Notes: generated by a model from the letters alone, not told the origin. A stretch of DNA of 40,000 bases from Clostridia bacterium (GCA_022799315.1 JAAWOE010000011.1:6439-46438), one strand, 5' to 3'; numbered from the stretch's first letter, positions 8,471-18,769 are shown. A program made the numbers and translations.

Positions 8471-8502
8471 AACGTGGGTCGACGTGGGCGTCGACACCTA
8501 CA
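8471..8502 (-). repeat. TGTAGG-hairpin palindromic element, copy c (inverted relative to b)
   Basis: The reverse complement reads TGTAGGTGTCGACGCCCACGTCGACCCACGTT. Together with copy b it brackets about 85 bp containing a TTGACA-16-TAAAAT promoter-like sequence. Confidence 0.65.
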
Positions 8503-8577
8503 TAGAATTAATTTTAGAAATAACGATATGGCGTGAAGCTACTTTTGATTATACATATGAAAAAAGGAGATTTTAAA

Positions 8578-9672
8578 ATGGTTGTTGATATGGGATATTG
8601 GACAAAGGTATCAAAAAGAATAATAGTGCTAATTTTAACAATAATAGGAATTTATCTGGCATTTAAACTAGCAATATTCTACATGCCATTTTTAATTGCT
8701 TTTATAATATCATTATTAATAGAACCATTAATAAAATTTGTAAATAAAAAAACAAAATTAACGAGAAAAACAAGTGCAATTATTGTACTTGTTATTGTAT
8801 CTGCAATTTTAATAAGTCTTATTATTTGGGGAATAACTGCAATAGTTTCAGAAACTACTAATCTTTTGCAAGGTCTTAATAGTTATATAGAAACAGCCTA
8901 TAATCAAGTACAAAACATAATATCAAATATAGATTTTAACAAACTAAAAATTCCAGAAGAAGTAACCAAAGTTATACAAAATTCACTTTGGGATTTTATA
9001 GGAACAGTCTCTAATTGGGTTAAAAATTTCTTAACTTCTTTAATGAACTTATTAACTGAAATTCCAACAATAGCAATATATATAGGAATTGCATTTGTTG
9101 CTATTTATTTTATATGTACAGATAAATTGTATATGTTAGACCAAATAGAGCATCATTTACCAAGAGAATGGGTAAAAAAAATAACTAGGCATATGAGAGA
9201 ATTAATTACTAGCTTAGGAAATTATTTAAAAGCAGAAGCCACCTTAATAATAATTTCGTTTATAGTATCATTAATTGGCTTATATATATTTAAATTTTTA
9301 GGCTTAAATGTAAAATATCCATTACTTGCAGCACTTGGAATAGGTTTTGTAGATGCTCTTCCTATTCTTGGTTCTGGAACAGCTATGATTCCATGGGCAG
9401 TTATTTCAGGAATTAATGGTGATATTAATCTTGCTATTGCAATTCTTGTTTTATGGATTATTATGTGTATTGTAAGGCAATTTGCAGAACCAAGGGTAGT
9501 AAGTCATCATATAGGAATACATCCAATTTTTACATTAATTGCAATGTATACAGGCTTTAAATTAATTGGGGTTCTCGGAATGTTTATAGGGCCGATTGTG
9601 CTAATTATATTAAAAAATATATTTGCTACAATGATTGATAAGGGAGTAGGAAAAGCAATATTTGACAGGTAA
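8578..9672 (+). CDS. ytvI: sporulation integral membrane protein YtvI (AI-2E/PerM family)
   Basis: Multi-TM protein. Start chosen at ATG 8578 behind AAAGGAGA RBS (the track ORF begins at 8533). AI-2E-like C-terminal region GSGTAMIPW..QFAEPRVV. Confidence 0.7.
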   Translation: MVVDMGYWTKVSKRIIVLILTIIGIYLAFKLAIFYMPFLIAFIISLLIEPLIKFVNKKTKLTRKTSAIIVLVIVSAILISLIIWGITAIVSETTNLLQGLNSYIETAYNQVQNIISNIDFNKLKIPEEVTKVIQNSLWDFIGTVSNWVKNFLTSLMNLLTEIPTIAIYIGIAFVAIYFICTDKLYMLDQIEHHLPREWVKKITRHMRELITSLGNYLKAEATLIIISFIVSLIGLYIFKFLGLNVKYPLLAALGIGFVDALPILGSGTAMIPWAVISGINGDINLAIAILVLWIIMCIVRQFAEPRVVSHHIGIHPIFTLIAMYTGFKLIGVLGMFIGPIVLIILKNIFATMIDKGVGKAIFDR

Positions 9673-9706
9673 AATAGGTGTCGATGTAAACATCGACACC
9701 TATTTT
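9671..9706. terminator. bidirectional terminator, perfect palindrome related to the TGTAGG family
   Basis: AAAATAGGTGTCGATG TAAA CATCGACACCTATTTT between convergent ytvI (+) and the deacetylase gene (-). Confidence 0.75.
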
Positions 9707-10572
9707 AGTATTTTTTTAAAGAAATCATATGTTGAAATTCCTGAAGGCCTATTGTTACGTTTTAAACAGTATAAACAATCTGGATTTTTTGTAATGTTGT
9801 TTACACCAGTTGAGCAAGAAAGACTTGCTTTAAATCCTAAATTTTTAATGATAGGGAGAGAGGATTTACTAATAGAACCAAAAGGATATGTAAATGTATT
9901 TGGAGTATATCCAGTATTTTCTTGAAACTTTTGCTGTAATAAAATTATATCATTAGATAATATCTTTCTATAATTTTCTTCAGATTCATATAACTTCTTT
10001 GAACAACCCATTCTGCCATTTGATTCAGAATGTAGATTATATGTATGATTCTGAAATTCTATGATACCAGAATTCATTAATTCTTCTATATCTTTCCAAC
10101 GTAAGTAGCTATAATTTAAGTTTGCTTCATCGCTTTCTGAAAAAGTATCTGTATATTTACCTACAATAGAAATAACTGCTTTCATGTTATATTTTTTAAG
10201 AAGTGGAACAGCATAACCAAGATTATTATAATGTCCATCATCAAAAGTGATAATAATTGGTTTTTCTGGAAGCACACTATTTTCATATACATATGCAATT
10301 AAATCTGTCATTGTAATTGTTGTGTAACCGTTATTTGCAATATATTGTAAATCTGCTTCTAATGTGGACGGAGTAACAATATATTTTCCACTTCTTGAAG
10401 TATCCTTTAGAATACTATGATACATAATTATAGGAAGTTTTATACTTTCTTCTTCATATGAAGACGCATTAGTAAATGTATAGATACCAATACAAGAAGA
10501 AACCAAAAGTAAAATAATAAAGCATATAAGTAATTTGTAATTTAATTTTACTGTGTGAAAATGTACCTTCAA
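9700..10572 (-). CDS. polysaccharide deacetylase family protein
   Basis: TTG start with AAGGAGG RBS. N-terminal TM anchor. NodB-like motifs MYHS, TFDDGH and FQNHTYNLH. Confidence 0.8.
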   Translation of the reverse strand: MKVHFHTVKLNYKLLICFIILLLVSSCIGIYTFTNASSYEEESIKLPIIMYHSILKDTSRSGKYIVTPSTLEADLQYIANNGYTTITMTDLIAYVYENSVLPEKPIIITFDDGHYNNLGYAVPLLKKYNMKAVISIVGKYTDTFSESDEANLNYSYLRWKDIEELMNSGIIEFQNHTYNLHSESNGRMGCSKKLYESEENYRKILSNDIILLQQKFQENTGYTPNTFTYPFGSISKSSLPIIKNLGFKASLSCSTGVNNITKNPDCLYCLKRNNRPSGISTYDFFKKILK

Positions 10573-10582
10573 AGAAGCCTCC

Positions 10583-11680
10583 TTATTCTAAAATACTAGG
10601 ATCTATAATATCATACTTTCTTATAAAATCTTTTGTATCATCATTTTTGCGAACTACTTCAGATTTATTTTTTCTTAAAAATTCAATAATTTGATATACG
10701 TCAATCCAAATTTGATTTGTTCCATCTTTTTGAGATTCATCAAAAATTAGTTGCATACCAAAGTGAAGATGAGGAACATTAATGTTATTTACATTTTCTT
10801 TAGTACTATAACCTGTCATACCAAGATATCCAATAACATCACCAGCTGTTACAATTTGACCTTCCTGCAAGTCTTTAACATATGGGTGATCTTTACGAAG
10901 GTGAGCATAATAGTAATAACGTTTTTTATCAAAACTTCTAATTCCAATTCGCCATCCACCATATTGATTCCAACCAAGAGCTTCAACTATTCCAGATTCA
11001 ATAGCAACAATAGGAGTGCCAATTGAACCCATTAAGTCATTACCAAGATGAACTCTTTTGAAACCATATGACCTTGCATTTCCAAAATCATCATAATGGT
11101 TAAAACTATAATTTTTTGCAATTGGTGAGAATGCTTTTACGCCATATTTTTTAGTAAATATTTTATTTTCTGTTCCAACATCATTTGGCAGTTCAACTTC
11201 ATACTCACCAATGAATTCAGAAAGAATCGTGCTATAAGCTTCATAATAATAAGAATAATTTTTTAAATTCTTTGTTAATTCTTCCATAGTAGAACCGTTT
11301 TTTAATTTATTTGTTAATGCTACTAAATCATTATTACTAAATCTCTTAAAATCACCACCATATTTACATGCAAGGTATGAAAGAAGTTCAATCCAATTAT
11401 ATTTTATTTCCTCATTGTTGTTATGAGAATTAATATCTAATTTTGAGGTTTTATCTAAAGCATCGTAGGTAACACTGAAATCTACCCATTTAATATATTT
11501 CTTTTCATTATCATTTGCAGAATTATCTATTGTATTGCTCCATATTAAATTAGAAGAGCTGGTAGGTAATGAAATAGGATACAAAATTGAAACACTTATC
11601 AAAATAAGCAAAATGCAAATAGTAATGCCTAAAAAAATTAAAAAAGATTTATTTATTTTAACTGAATGAATAAACAACAA
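10583..11680 (-). CDS. M23 family metallopeptidase
   Basis: N-terminal TM anchor. M23 motifs HLGNDL, GDVIGYLGMTGYS and PHLHFG. Confidence 0.8.
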   Translation of the reverse strand: MLFIHSVKINKSFLIFLGITICILLILISVSILYPISLPTSSSNLIWSNTIDNSANDNEKKYIKWVDFSVTYDALDKTSKLDINSHNNNEEIKYNWIELLSYLACKYGGDFKRFSNNDLVALTNKLKNGSTMEELTKNLKNYSYYYEAYSTILSEFIGEYEVELPNDVGTENKIFTKKYGVKAFSPIAKNYSFNHYDDFGNARSYGFKRVHLGNDLMGSIGTPIVAIESGIVEALGWNQYGGWRIGIRSFDKKRYYYYAHLRKDHPYVKDLQEGQIVTAGDVIGYLGMTGYSTKENVNNINVPHLHFGMQLIFDESQKDGTNQIWIDVYQIIEFLRKNKSEVVRKNDDTKDFIRKYDIIDPSILE

Positions 11681-11818
11681 AATACACCTCGTAATATGTA
11701 TATGAAAAAAATAGAATATTATTACGTTTAAGTATAAGTTGAAAAATTGATATCAAAAAAACAGCAAAACGATGCATCTATTTACAAACAAGCCAATTCA
11801 TGGTATTATGTTACTTAG

Positions 11819-12640
11819 GTGATAGAGTTGAATAATTATAATGAAATACTAAACCAAATAATTGAAGAAATAGAAAATAATTTAGAAAATGAAATTGATT
11901 ATAAAAAGTTAGCCAATATTGCAGGTGTTTCAGAATATTCATTACAAAGAATATTTATTTTCTTAACAAATATGTCTATATCTGAATATATTAGAAAAAG
12001 AAGATTAAGTAAGGCTTTTGAAGAATTGAAAACAAAAGACGTAAAAATTATAGATTTAGCCATAAAATATCAATATGATTCTAGTATATCTTTTTCAAGA
12101 GCTTTTAAAAATATGTTTGGAATTACACCAAGTAAATGTAAGAATGAAGAAACTAAATATCAACAATTTCCAATTATAAGATTTAAAGATAATCAAAATG
12201 AATGTAGAGAATTAAACTATGAAATAAAAGAAATAGAACCTATAAAATTATATTGTGTTGGAACTAAAGCAAAGACACATGAAGATCTATTATTTAATAT
12301 AAGAGAATTATATAAAAAAATAAAAGAAGAAGGATTGCACCAAGAGTTTAATAAAATAGGTATGTATGGAATATCAACTTCTAAAGATGATACACAATTT
12401 TATTATATCGGATGTAAAAATAAATATGACAATACAGAAGAATTCATAGTACCAAAAGGAAAATATGCTATATTTAATGTTGGTTCAAGAGAACAAAAAG
12501 ATATTGTAAAAACAGAAGAAACTATATATACACAATGGTTACCATCTACAAATTATATAATAGATGAAAAATTGAATTTTGAATTATATATTGAAGATAA
12601 TTGTTATATATACATACCAATAAAAAACAAACAAAACTAA
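11819..12640 (+). CDS. AraC family transcriptional regulator with GyrI-like effector domain
   Basis: AraC helix-turn-helix region (LANIAGVSEYSLQRIF..., FSRAFKNMFGITPS) plus a C-terminal roughly 150-aa small-molecule-binding-like half. The exact start (GTG 11819 or TTG 11828) is uncertain. Confidence 0.75.
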   Translation: MIELNNYNEILNQIIEEIENNLENEIDYKKLANIAGVSEYSLQRIFIFLTNMSISEYIRKRRLSKAFEELKTKDVKIIDLAIKYQYDSSISFSRAFKNMFGITPSKCKNEETKYQQFPIIRFKDNQNECRELNYEIKEIEPIKLYCVGTKAKTHEDLLFNIRELYKKIKEEGLHQEFNKIGMYGISTSKDDTQFYYIGCKNKYDNTEEFIVPKGKYAIFNVGSREQKDIVKTEETIYTQWLPSTNYIIDEKLNFELYIEDNCYIYIPIKNKQN

Positions 12641-12660
12641 TTTTAGTTTTGTTTGTTTTT
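12623..12660 (+). terminator. AT-rich hairpin terminator after the AraC gene
   Basis: AAAAACAAACAAAACTA ATTT TAGTTTTGTTTGTTTTT. Confidence 0.55.
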
Positions 12661-12708
12661 ATTTTCTTTTTGCACATATAATAGAAGAGCTAAGAAAGGA
12701 GCAATATT

Positions 12709-12867
12709 ATGAAAATAGAAGATTTTAAATTAAACGAAACACAAGATATAGAGAACGTAAATCCATTTGTTTCATTTTCTTGTGGAGAATACGAAAAACA
12801 AATAATGGGAGAAATGATACAAAATAATAATTTCAATATGGATATGTATAAAAACTTAGGAAAATAG
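12709..12867 (+). CDS. 52-aa small ORF directly upstream of the ABC exporter pair (leader or precursor peptide candidate)
   Basis: Not in the track because it is under 60 aa. AAGGAGC RBS 8 nt before ATG 12709. Peptide MKIEDFKLNETQDIENVNPFVSFSCGEYEKQIMGEMIQNNNFNMDMYKNLGK. Stop lies 21 nt before ABC start 12889. Confidence 0.4.
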   Translation: MKIEDFKLNETQDIENVNPFVSFSCGEYEKQIMGEMIQNNNFNMDMYKNLGK

Positions 12868-12888
12868 ATTTAAAGTAGGTAATAAATA

Positions 12889-14632
12889 ATGAAAAAGAAA
12901 AAAATGATATTAACTGCACTAAAAGATACAAAAAAGTACATTTTGATAATCCCAATATTAAGTGCAATAATCACGTGTCTAAAGTTACAAATACCAATGT
13001 GCATTAAATATGGAATTGATGGAATTGCTTTTGATGATACAAATGTAGTTCCAAATTTTTTAGCTAAATGGTTTAGTGAAGAACCATTGCAAAACATATT
13101 AGTGATTTCAGTTTACTTGCTTATCCTTTATTTATGTGTTTCAGGAATTTCTTATATAGGAGACAAAATTAGTTCAAAATTTACTTTAAAGGTAAATTAC
13201 AATGTACGTATGAGTATTTTTAAACATATTCAAAAGTTAGAATACCAAAGTTATTATTCATATGATAAAAATGAAATGCTACAAAGAATTCGTGATGATG
13301 CAACTAAGTTTTCAGACTTTTTTCAAACAAGCCTAAATTTAATTTTAGATAGCTTTTTTATTGCTTTCTATGTTATTTACCAAGGAATGCAGTTAAATAT
13401 AGAAATTACTATTTATATTATTATAAGTGTAGGTGCTATTCTGATATTTGGAATTTGGTATTTTAAAAAATTAGGACCAAAAATCGGACAAATGGTAAGA
13501 AGTAACCGTAAATTATTAGCAAAAACCAACTACTCTGTTAATAATTTTAAAATGATACGTATGTTTAACAAACAGGAAAGTGAAATAAATGAATATGATA
13601 ATTTGAATGAAAATTATATAGAAAGTCGAAGAAGATTTATTAACTTAGTGCTATTTCATGAAATCATTACAGACCATATTCAATACTTAGCAAGCCCAAT
13701 TATTTTTATGATTGGAGGAATGCTTGTAATAAAACGGAGAGCTAACACTAGGCTCTCTTACAGTACTTGTTAGTTTTGCAAATACAGTTATGAGATATTT
13801 TATTAATTTGGGTAATAACTTAGATAGTATAGATGATTTTATTGTTACAAATAAGTTACTTAATAAATTATTTGATTTTAAAGAAGAAAAGGGAAATACT
13901 TCAATAAAACTAGAAGAATTAAAAGAATTATTATTATTTAATGTAACAATAGAAGCTGGAGAAAAGCAAATATTAAAAAACATAAATTTAAAAATAAATT
14001 CAGGAGAAAAAATAGCAGTTATTGGAGAAAATGGAAGCGGTAAAAGCATATTTGTAAAAACATTACTAGGTTTTTATGATCATAAAGGAGATATTTATTT
14101 TAATCATCATCACATAGAAAAAAATAATAAAGAAATATTACGAAGAGAAATTAGTTTTGTACCAGAAGATCCATTTATATTTTCAGGCACGGTTAAACAG
14201 AATATAGATTTTGAAAATATATTAACAAAAGAAGAATTACAAGATATTCTTAATAAAGTAAGTTTTGAAACGGATATCGAAAAATTTGATAAAAAAGAAG
14301 AAACTTATGTGGGCGAAAAAGGAATTACATTATCTGGAGGTCAAAAACAAAGAATTGCACTAGCAAGAGCGTTAACTAATAATAAACCAATTCTATTACT
14401 AGATGAAGCGATGAATAAATTAGATGAAAAAACTAAAAAAGAAGTATTTAAAAAGGTAATTTTAGATAATACAAAAACCATTATACTGATTACACATGAC
14501 TTTTCATTATTAGAAAAAATGGATAGAGTTTTATTTTTCCATAATGGAACAACTTACATAGGAACGCATAAAGAATTGCTAGAAAATAAAGATTATATGA
14601 AAATGATGGAAATTAATAAGGATAAGGTATAG
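12889..14632 (+). CDS. ABC exporter, fused permease/ATPase subunit 1, intact only with a +1 shift at 13735
   Basis: ORFs 12889..13773 (TMD) and 13790..14632 (NBD: GENGSGKS Walker A, LSGGQKQR signature, LLLDEA Walker B). The +1 frame joins as GGMLVIK-GELTLGSLTVLVSFANTVMRYF. Confidence 0.85.
13735..13737 (+). other. 0-frame CGG / +1 frame break (AAA-C-GGA)
   Basis: ata aaa C gga gag cta aca: the 0 frame stops at 13771-13773 and the +1 frame continues the TMD. Confidence 0.8.
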
Positions 14633-14635
14633 AAA

Positions 14636-16377
14636 ATGAACAAACAAAAGTTATTAAAAATGTATTATTATAAAAATTATGATAAAAAAGTAAATGGACT
14701 TATTTTACTAATTGTATTTTGCTTTGTTTTTGAAGTTATAACAACACCTTTTTTTACAAAGCAGATTTTAGATATTGAAATTCCAAATAAGAACATACGG
14801 AGGAGTTTTCTTTTTTGGTGGATTATTTGCAATTTCAAATATTATATCTTGCTGTTTGGTTTTAAAGTATTGTATTGTTAGATTAAATTTAAAGTATAGG
14901 ATAGCAGGAGAGTTAAGAAAAGATATTTTTCATAAGTTAATACAAATTGATACAAAGTTCTATGACAAAAACACAACGGGAACTATTTTGCAATTTTTAT
15001 CTAATGACTCAGAAGATGCAGGAAAGTTTGTACCAGGTATTTTAGTAGAAATGTTTATTATGGGACTATTCAGGACACTGGCTTTTTCAATATTATTACT
15101 AGTAGCAGATTTTAAAATTGGTGCAGGTATTGTGATTTTTTACTTACTAGGTATTTTTGTAACAATTTTACTAAATAGAAAAACAGTTACTCTATTAAAA
15201 CAGATAAGACTTATTACAATAGAAGTGTTAAATCAAATGAATGAGGGAATCAGTGGATTTATTACAATTAAAAGCTTACAAATAGAAGAAGAACAAATAA
15301 ACAAATTAGATAAAACCATAAAGGAATATAACAAAGTATCACAAAAACTAAACAAACAGATTGCAAGTTATAATGCAATATTTACAATAATTGTGTCTTT
15401 TTCTTTTATTTGGCTAATTACAGCAGGGACAATGGGACTAACAAGTGGAGTTATTAGCTATGGACTTGTTATGCTTATGATAGACTGGAGAGGAACGTTA
15501 GATGCTGATATACAATGGTTTTTAAAACATATAACAAATTTTAATAGATGTTATTTAGCATTCTGCAAAATATTAGAATTTATTGGAATTGAAGAAGTAG
15601 AGAAGATAAATGAAGGAAAAGAATTAAAAAAGATTACTTCAGTTCAATTCGAAAATGTATCTTTTAGTTACAACAAAGAACAAATAATATTAGATAACTT
15701 TAACTTAAAGATAAATTCAAAACAGCAAATTGCATTAGTAGGAAGAACGGGAAGCGGAAAAAGTACAATTGTGAATTTGATTTGTGGATTTTATAAAGCA
15801 ACAAGTGGAAGTATTTTAATTAATGGAGAAGAAATACGGTAATTATAATCTAAAAAGCTTACGTTCAAAAATTGGATATGTTATGCAAGATGTTACGATA
15901 TTAGAAAACACAATAATAGATAATATTCGTTATGCAAATGAGAATATTAGCAATGAAGAAATTGAAGTAATTTTTAAAAAACTAAACTTACATGAAAAAA
16001 TAATGAACTTACCAAACGGTTATGAAACAGATATATACAACAACCCAGATATCCTATCAAAAGGAGAAAAACAATTAATAAATTTTGCAAGAATTATGGT
16101 GATGAATCCAGATGTTATCATTTTAGATGAAGTAACTTCTTCACTTAGTTATTATTCTGAAATGTTACTCAAAAATGCAATGAAGCAAATTACAAAAGGT
16201 AAAATTGCAATTATTATTGCACATAGACTATCAACAATACAAGAATGCGATAATATTATAGTGTTAGAACAAGGAAAAATAATAGAACAAGGAACAAACG
16301 ATGAATTGTTAGCTAAAAAGGGTGAATATTATAAATTAGCAAGTAAAAGTATAGAGACTAGCATTAATTTTAGATAA
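14636..16377 (+). CDS. ABC exporter, fused permease/ATPase subunit 2, intact only with +1 shifts at 14798 and 15837
   Basis: Three ORFs (14636..14881, 14775..15842, 15823..16377). GRTGSGKST Walker A is in the second ORF and ILDE Walker B in the third. Junctions read PNKNI-GGVFFFGG and INGEEI-GNYNLKSLRSKIGYVMQD. Confidence 0.85.
14798..14800 (+). other. 0-frame CGG / +1 frame break (ATA-C-GGA)
   Basis: aac ata C gga gga gtt ttc. Confidence 0.75.
15837..15839 (+). other. 0-frame CGG / +1 frame break (ATA-C-GGT)
   Basis: gaa ata C ggt aat tat aat: the 0 frame reads CGG TAA, an immediate stop. Confidence 0.8.
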
Positions 16378-16390
16378 TGCTAGTCTCTAT
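16351..16390 (+). terminator. hairpin at the end of the ABC operon
   Basis: ATAGAGACTAGCATT / AATGCTAGTCTCTAT 15-bp inverted repeat spanning the stop codon. The downstream U-tract is weak. Confidence 0.45.
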
Positions 16391-16466
16391 ATTTAAAAAT
16401 AAACATAAATAAAGTATACAACAAAGTAAACATATGTTAAAATAGCAAAGATAGGAGAGTGAAAAA

Positions 16467-17664
16467 GTGAAAAACTTAAAAAAGACATTTGCAATAATAT
16501 TTATAGGACAAACAATCTCATTACTTACAAGTGCAATTGTACAGTATGCAATTATTTGGTATATTACATATAAAACAGGTTCTGCAATAGATTTAGCAAT
16601 AGCAAGCGTTGCTGGAATTTTACCGCAAATTATATTAGGACCAATTGCAGGGGTTATTGTAGATAGATTTGATAGAAAGAAAATAATGATGTGTTCTGAT
16701 GGTATGATTGCAATCGCAACACTTGTATTAGGAGTGCTTTTTATATATGGAGAGCCTTCTATATTAGGAATGTATATCGTTTTAGCAATTCGTTCATTAG
16801 GAAGTACATTCCATTCGCCAAGTTTTACAGCTTCAATTCCAATGCTTGCACCTAACGAAGAATTAGTAAAAATATCAGGAATTAATCAAGTTATAAACTC
16901 TGCTACACTAATTATTGCACCAATGCTAGCAGGAGTTTTATTTGGAACAATACCATTACCATATATTATGTTTTTAGATATTATTGGAGCAATATTTGGG
17001 ATTGGAAGTATTGCAATTGTTAAAATTCCAAATCCTGAAAGGGAAAACGAGAAAAGCAATATATTATCCGAAATGAAGGAAGGATTTTTAGAAATAAGGA
17101 AATCAAGATATTTAGTTGTTTTAACCATATACGTTATTGCCATTTGTATTATTTTTATGCCAATTGCTTCTATGTATCCACTTATTACCAAAAACTATTT
17201 TGGATTGGAAGCAATACATATTAGTGTGGTAGAAGTACTATTTTCAATTGGAATGCTAATTCGGAGGAGTAGCAATGGCAAAAGAAGTTGGATTTAAGAA
17301 AAAGCAATATACAATTTTAGTAGCAATGCTTATTTTTGCAGTAGCACTAATTGCATCAGGACTTGTACCTACATCTATGTTTTGGATATTTGTTATATTA
17401 ACATTTATTATGGGGGTAATGGGACCATTTTTTGAAGGACTATATACTGTTATTCTACAAACAAAAATAGAAGTTCAAAAACAAGGTAGGGTATTTTCTA
17501 TTGTAATGAGCCTTATGCAGCTTGCAATACCAATAGGTTTATTTATAATGGCACCTATTGCAGAAAAAATTGGAGTAGAGAAAATGTTTGTTATTTCTGG
17601 AATTTTAATGATTGTTGCATCAGTTATGACACTTACTTCAAAAACAATAAGAAATGAAGAATAA
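16467..17664 (+). CDS. MFS transporter, intact only with a +1 shift at 17262
   Basis: GTG start with GGAGAG RBS. 12-TM-like hydrophobic profile and DRFDRKK loop motif. ORFs 16467..17297 and 17275..17664 join as SIGMLI-GGVAMAKEVGF. Confidence 0.8.
17262..17264 (+). other. 0-frame CGG / +1 frame break (ATT-C-GGA)
   Basis: cta att C gga gga gta gca atg gca. Confidence 0.75.
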
Positions 17665-17703
17665 AAAAATATTTATAGATAGACATAAATAACAATATAA
17701 TTA

Positions 17704-17732
17704 TTGCAAAAGATTACATAAAGTGATATAAT
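17704..17732 (+). promoter_or_regulatory. near-consensus sigma-A promoter (TTGCAA-17-TGaTATAAT) of cassette 2
   Basis: TTGCAA 17704-17709, 17-nt spacer, TATAAT 17727-17732 with extended -10 TG. Confidence 0.6.
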
Positions 17733-17814
17733 AGCTCTTACATAAGTCATTTTTGAAAAAACTCTCTCGTATATCAAATTTGGCTTAAATAAAATGTAAA
17801 GGAGACAACAAGAT

Positions 17815-18324
17815 ATGACAAAAAAAGAATTCCTTGAAGTTTTAGTAAAAGAGCTTGAGCGGCTTGAAAAGGTAGAACACGTTTCCGACTTGGCCAACAA
17901 TGGCCGGTATGCAGAAGTGGACGCGGTCGTAGCTGAAATTGACTACTCAGCATTAGAGGAGTATATGGACGAGGTGGACGGCGAGGGCGATTTGTCTGCA
18001 AAGACAGATATTCCTGAAGCCTATGTTTTAACCTTTGCCATCTACTTATCCGGAAGCCCGTATGATGAGTGCGATGTTCTGGAAAGTTGGAAAGATTTGC
18101 AGACGGCTTTGCGTAGCTGCGGAGATGTAGGAAATGCAATCGCTGAAAAGATGATATCCGAATGTGTCAACGACTTTGACACGTTTGAGGAGCTTGTGCT
18201 CGGCGAAGAAGCAGATGAAGACGAGGATGACGAGGACGAAGATCCCGATGAAGACGGCGATGATGAGGAAACTGATGATGAGGATTTTGATGCCGAAGAG
18301 GAGAACGGCGAGTCTGAAGAGTAA
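17815..18324 (+). CDS. hypothetical highly acidic 169-aa protein in higher-GC cassette 2
   Basis: AAAGGAGA RBS. About 50% G+C in a sampled 60-nt stretch. C-terminal poly-Asp/Glu tail EEADEDEDDEDEDPDEDGDDEETDDEDFDAEEENGESEE. Two in-frame CGG codons (17860, 17905). Confidence 0.7.
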   Translation: MTKKEFLEVLVKELERLEKVEHVSDLANNGRYAEVDAVVAEIDYSALEEYMDEVDGEGDLSAKTDIPEAYVLTFAIYLSGSPYDECDVLESWKDLQTALRSCGDVGNAIAEKMISECVNDFDTFEELVLGEEADEDEDDEDEDPDEDGDDEETDDEDFDAEEENGESEE

Positions 18325-18428
18325 TCCTAAGCAGAGTTCGTGCTAAATATCGGAACAAAGAATTTCTAAAAACTGAATATTGAGACGAGAGAGTATTGGT
18401 TTTAAGTATTAACCAAAGCTTTAGGATA

Positions 18429-18466
18429 GGCTAGTATCATTTATTTTGTGATGCTAGTCTTTTCTT
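18429..18466 (+). terminator. intrinsic terminator of cassette 2
   Basis: GGCTAGTATCA / TGATGCTAGTC stem (one G-U) followed by TTTTCTT. Confidence 0.6.
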
Positions 18467-18500
18467 ATGCATTCACTAATATGTAATGCTTTTGCTATTT

Positions 18501-18661
18501 ATGAACATGTAGTAATATACGATTAAAAATTCCGTTCTACAAGGCGTTTAAGAATAATTGGTTTTAATAAAAAAGCAACACATTAAACAAAGAATCAGAA
18601 AAAGCGTCGCTTTGCTAAGAAGGTCGAACTCATTTTTACTCTTATATTATTACATGTTCAT
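18501..18661 (+). ncRNA. long-stem CCGTTCTCC/GGTCGAACTC element, copy A (candidate structured RNA)
   Basis: 161 nt. Conserved core flanked by the complementary arms ATGAACATGTAGTAATATACGATTAAAAA and TTTTTACTCTTATATTATTACATGTTCAT. See findings. Confidence 0.55.
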
Positions 18662-18769
18662 TTTAATATTAACCATTTTATTATAAAAAAAGGTCAATTT
18701 AGGTTGTAAAATAGAGCGAAAAATGATATTATTTATGTATGATTTTAAAGTATATACAAAGGAGAAAAT

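Noticed and set aside
9662-9925. 87-aa plus-strand ORF
   Set aside because: It starts inside the bidirectional terminator and is antisense to the 3' end of the polysaccharide deacetylase gene.
17774-18358. Minus-strand and alternative-frame ORFs (17774..18139, 18164..18346, 18167..18358) over the acidic gene
   Set aside because: These are open frames produced by the GC-rich, GAN-repeat coding sequence of ORF 17815..18324. They have no RBS and give Arg/Pro-rich nonsense translations.
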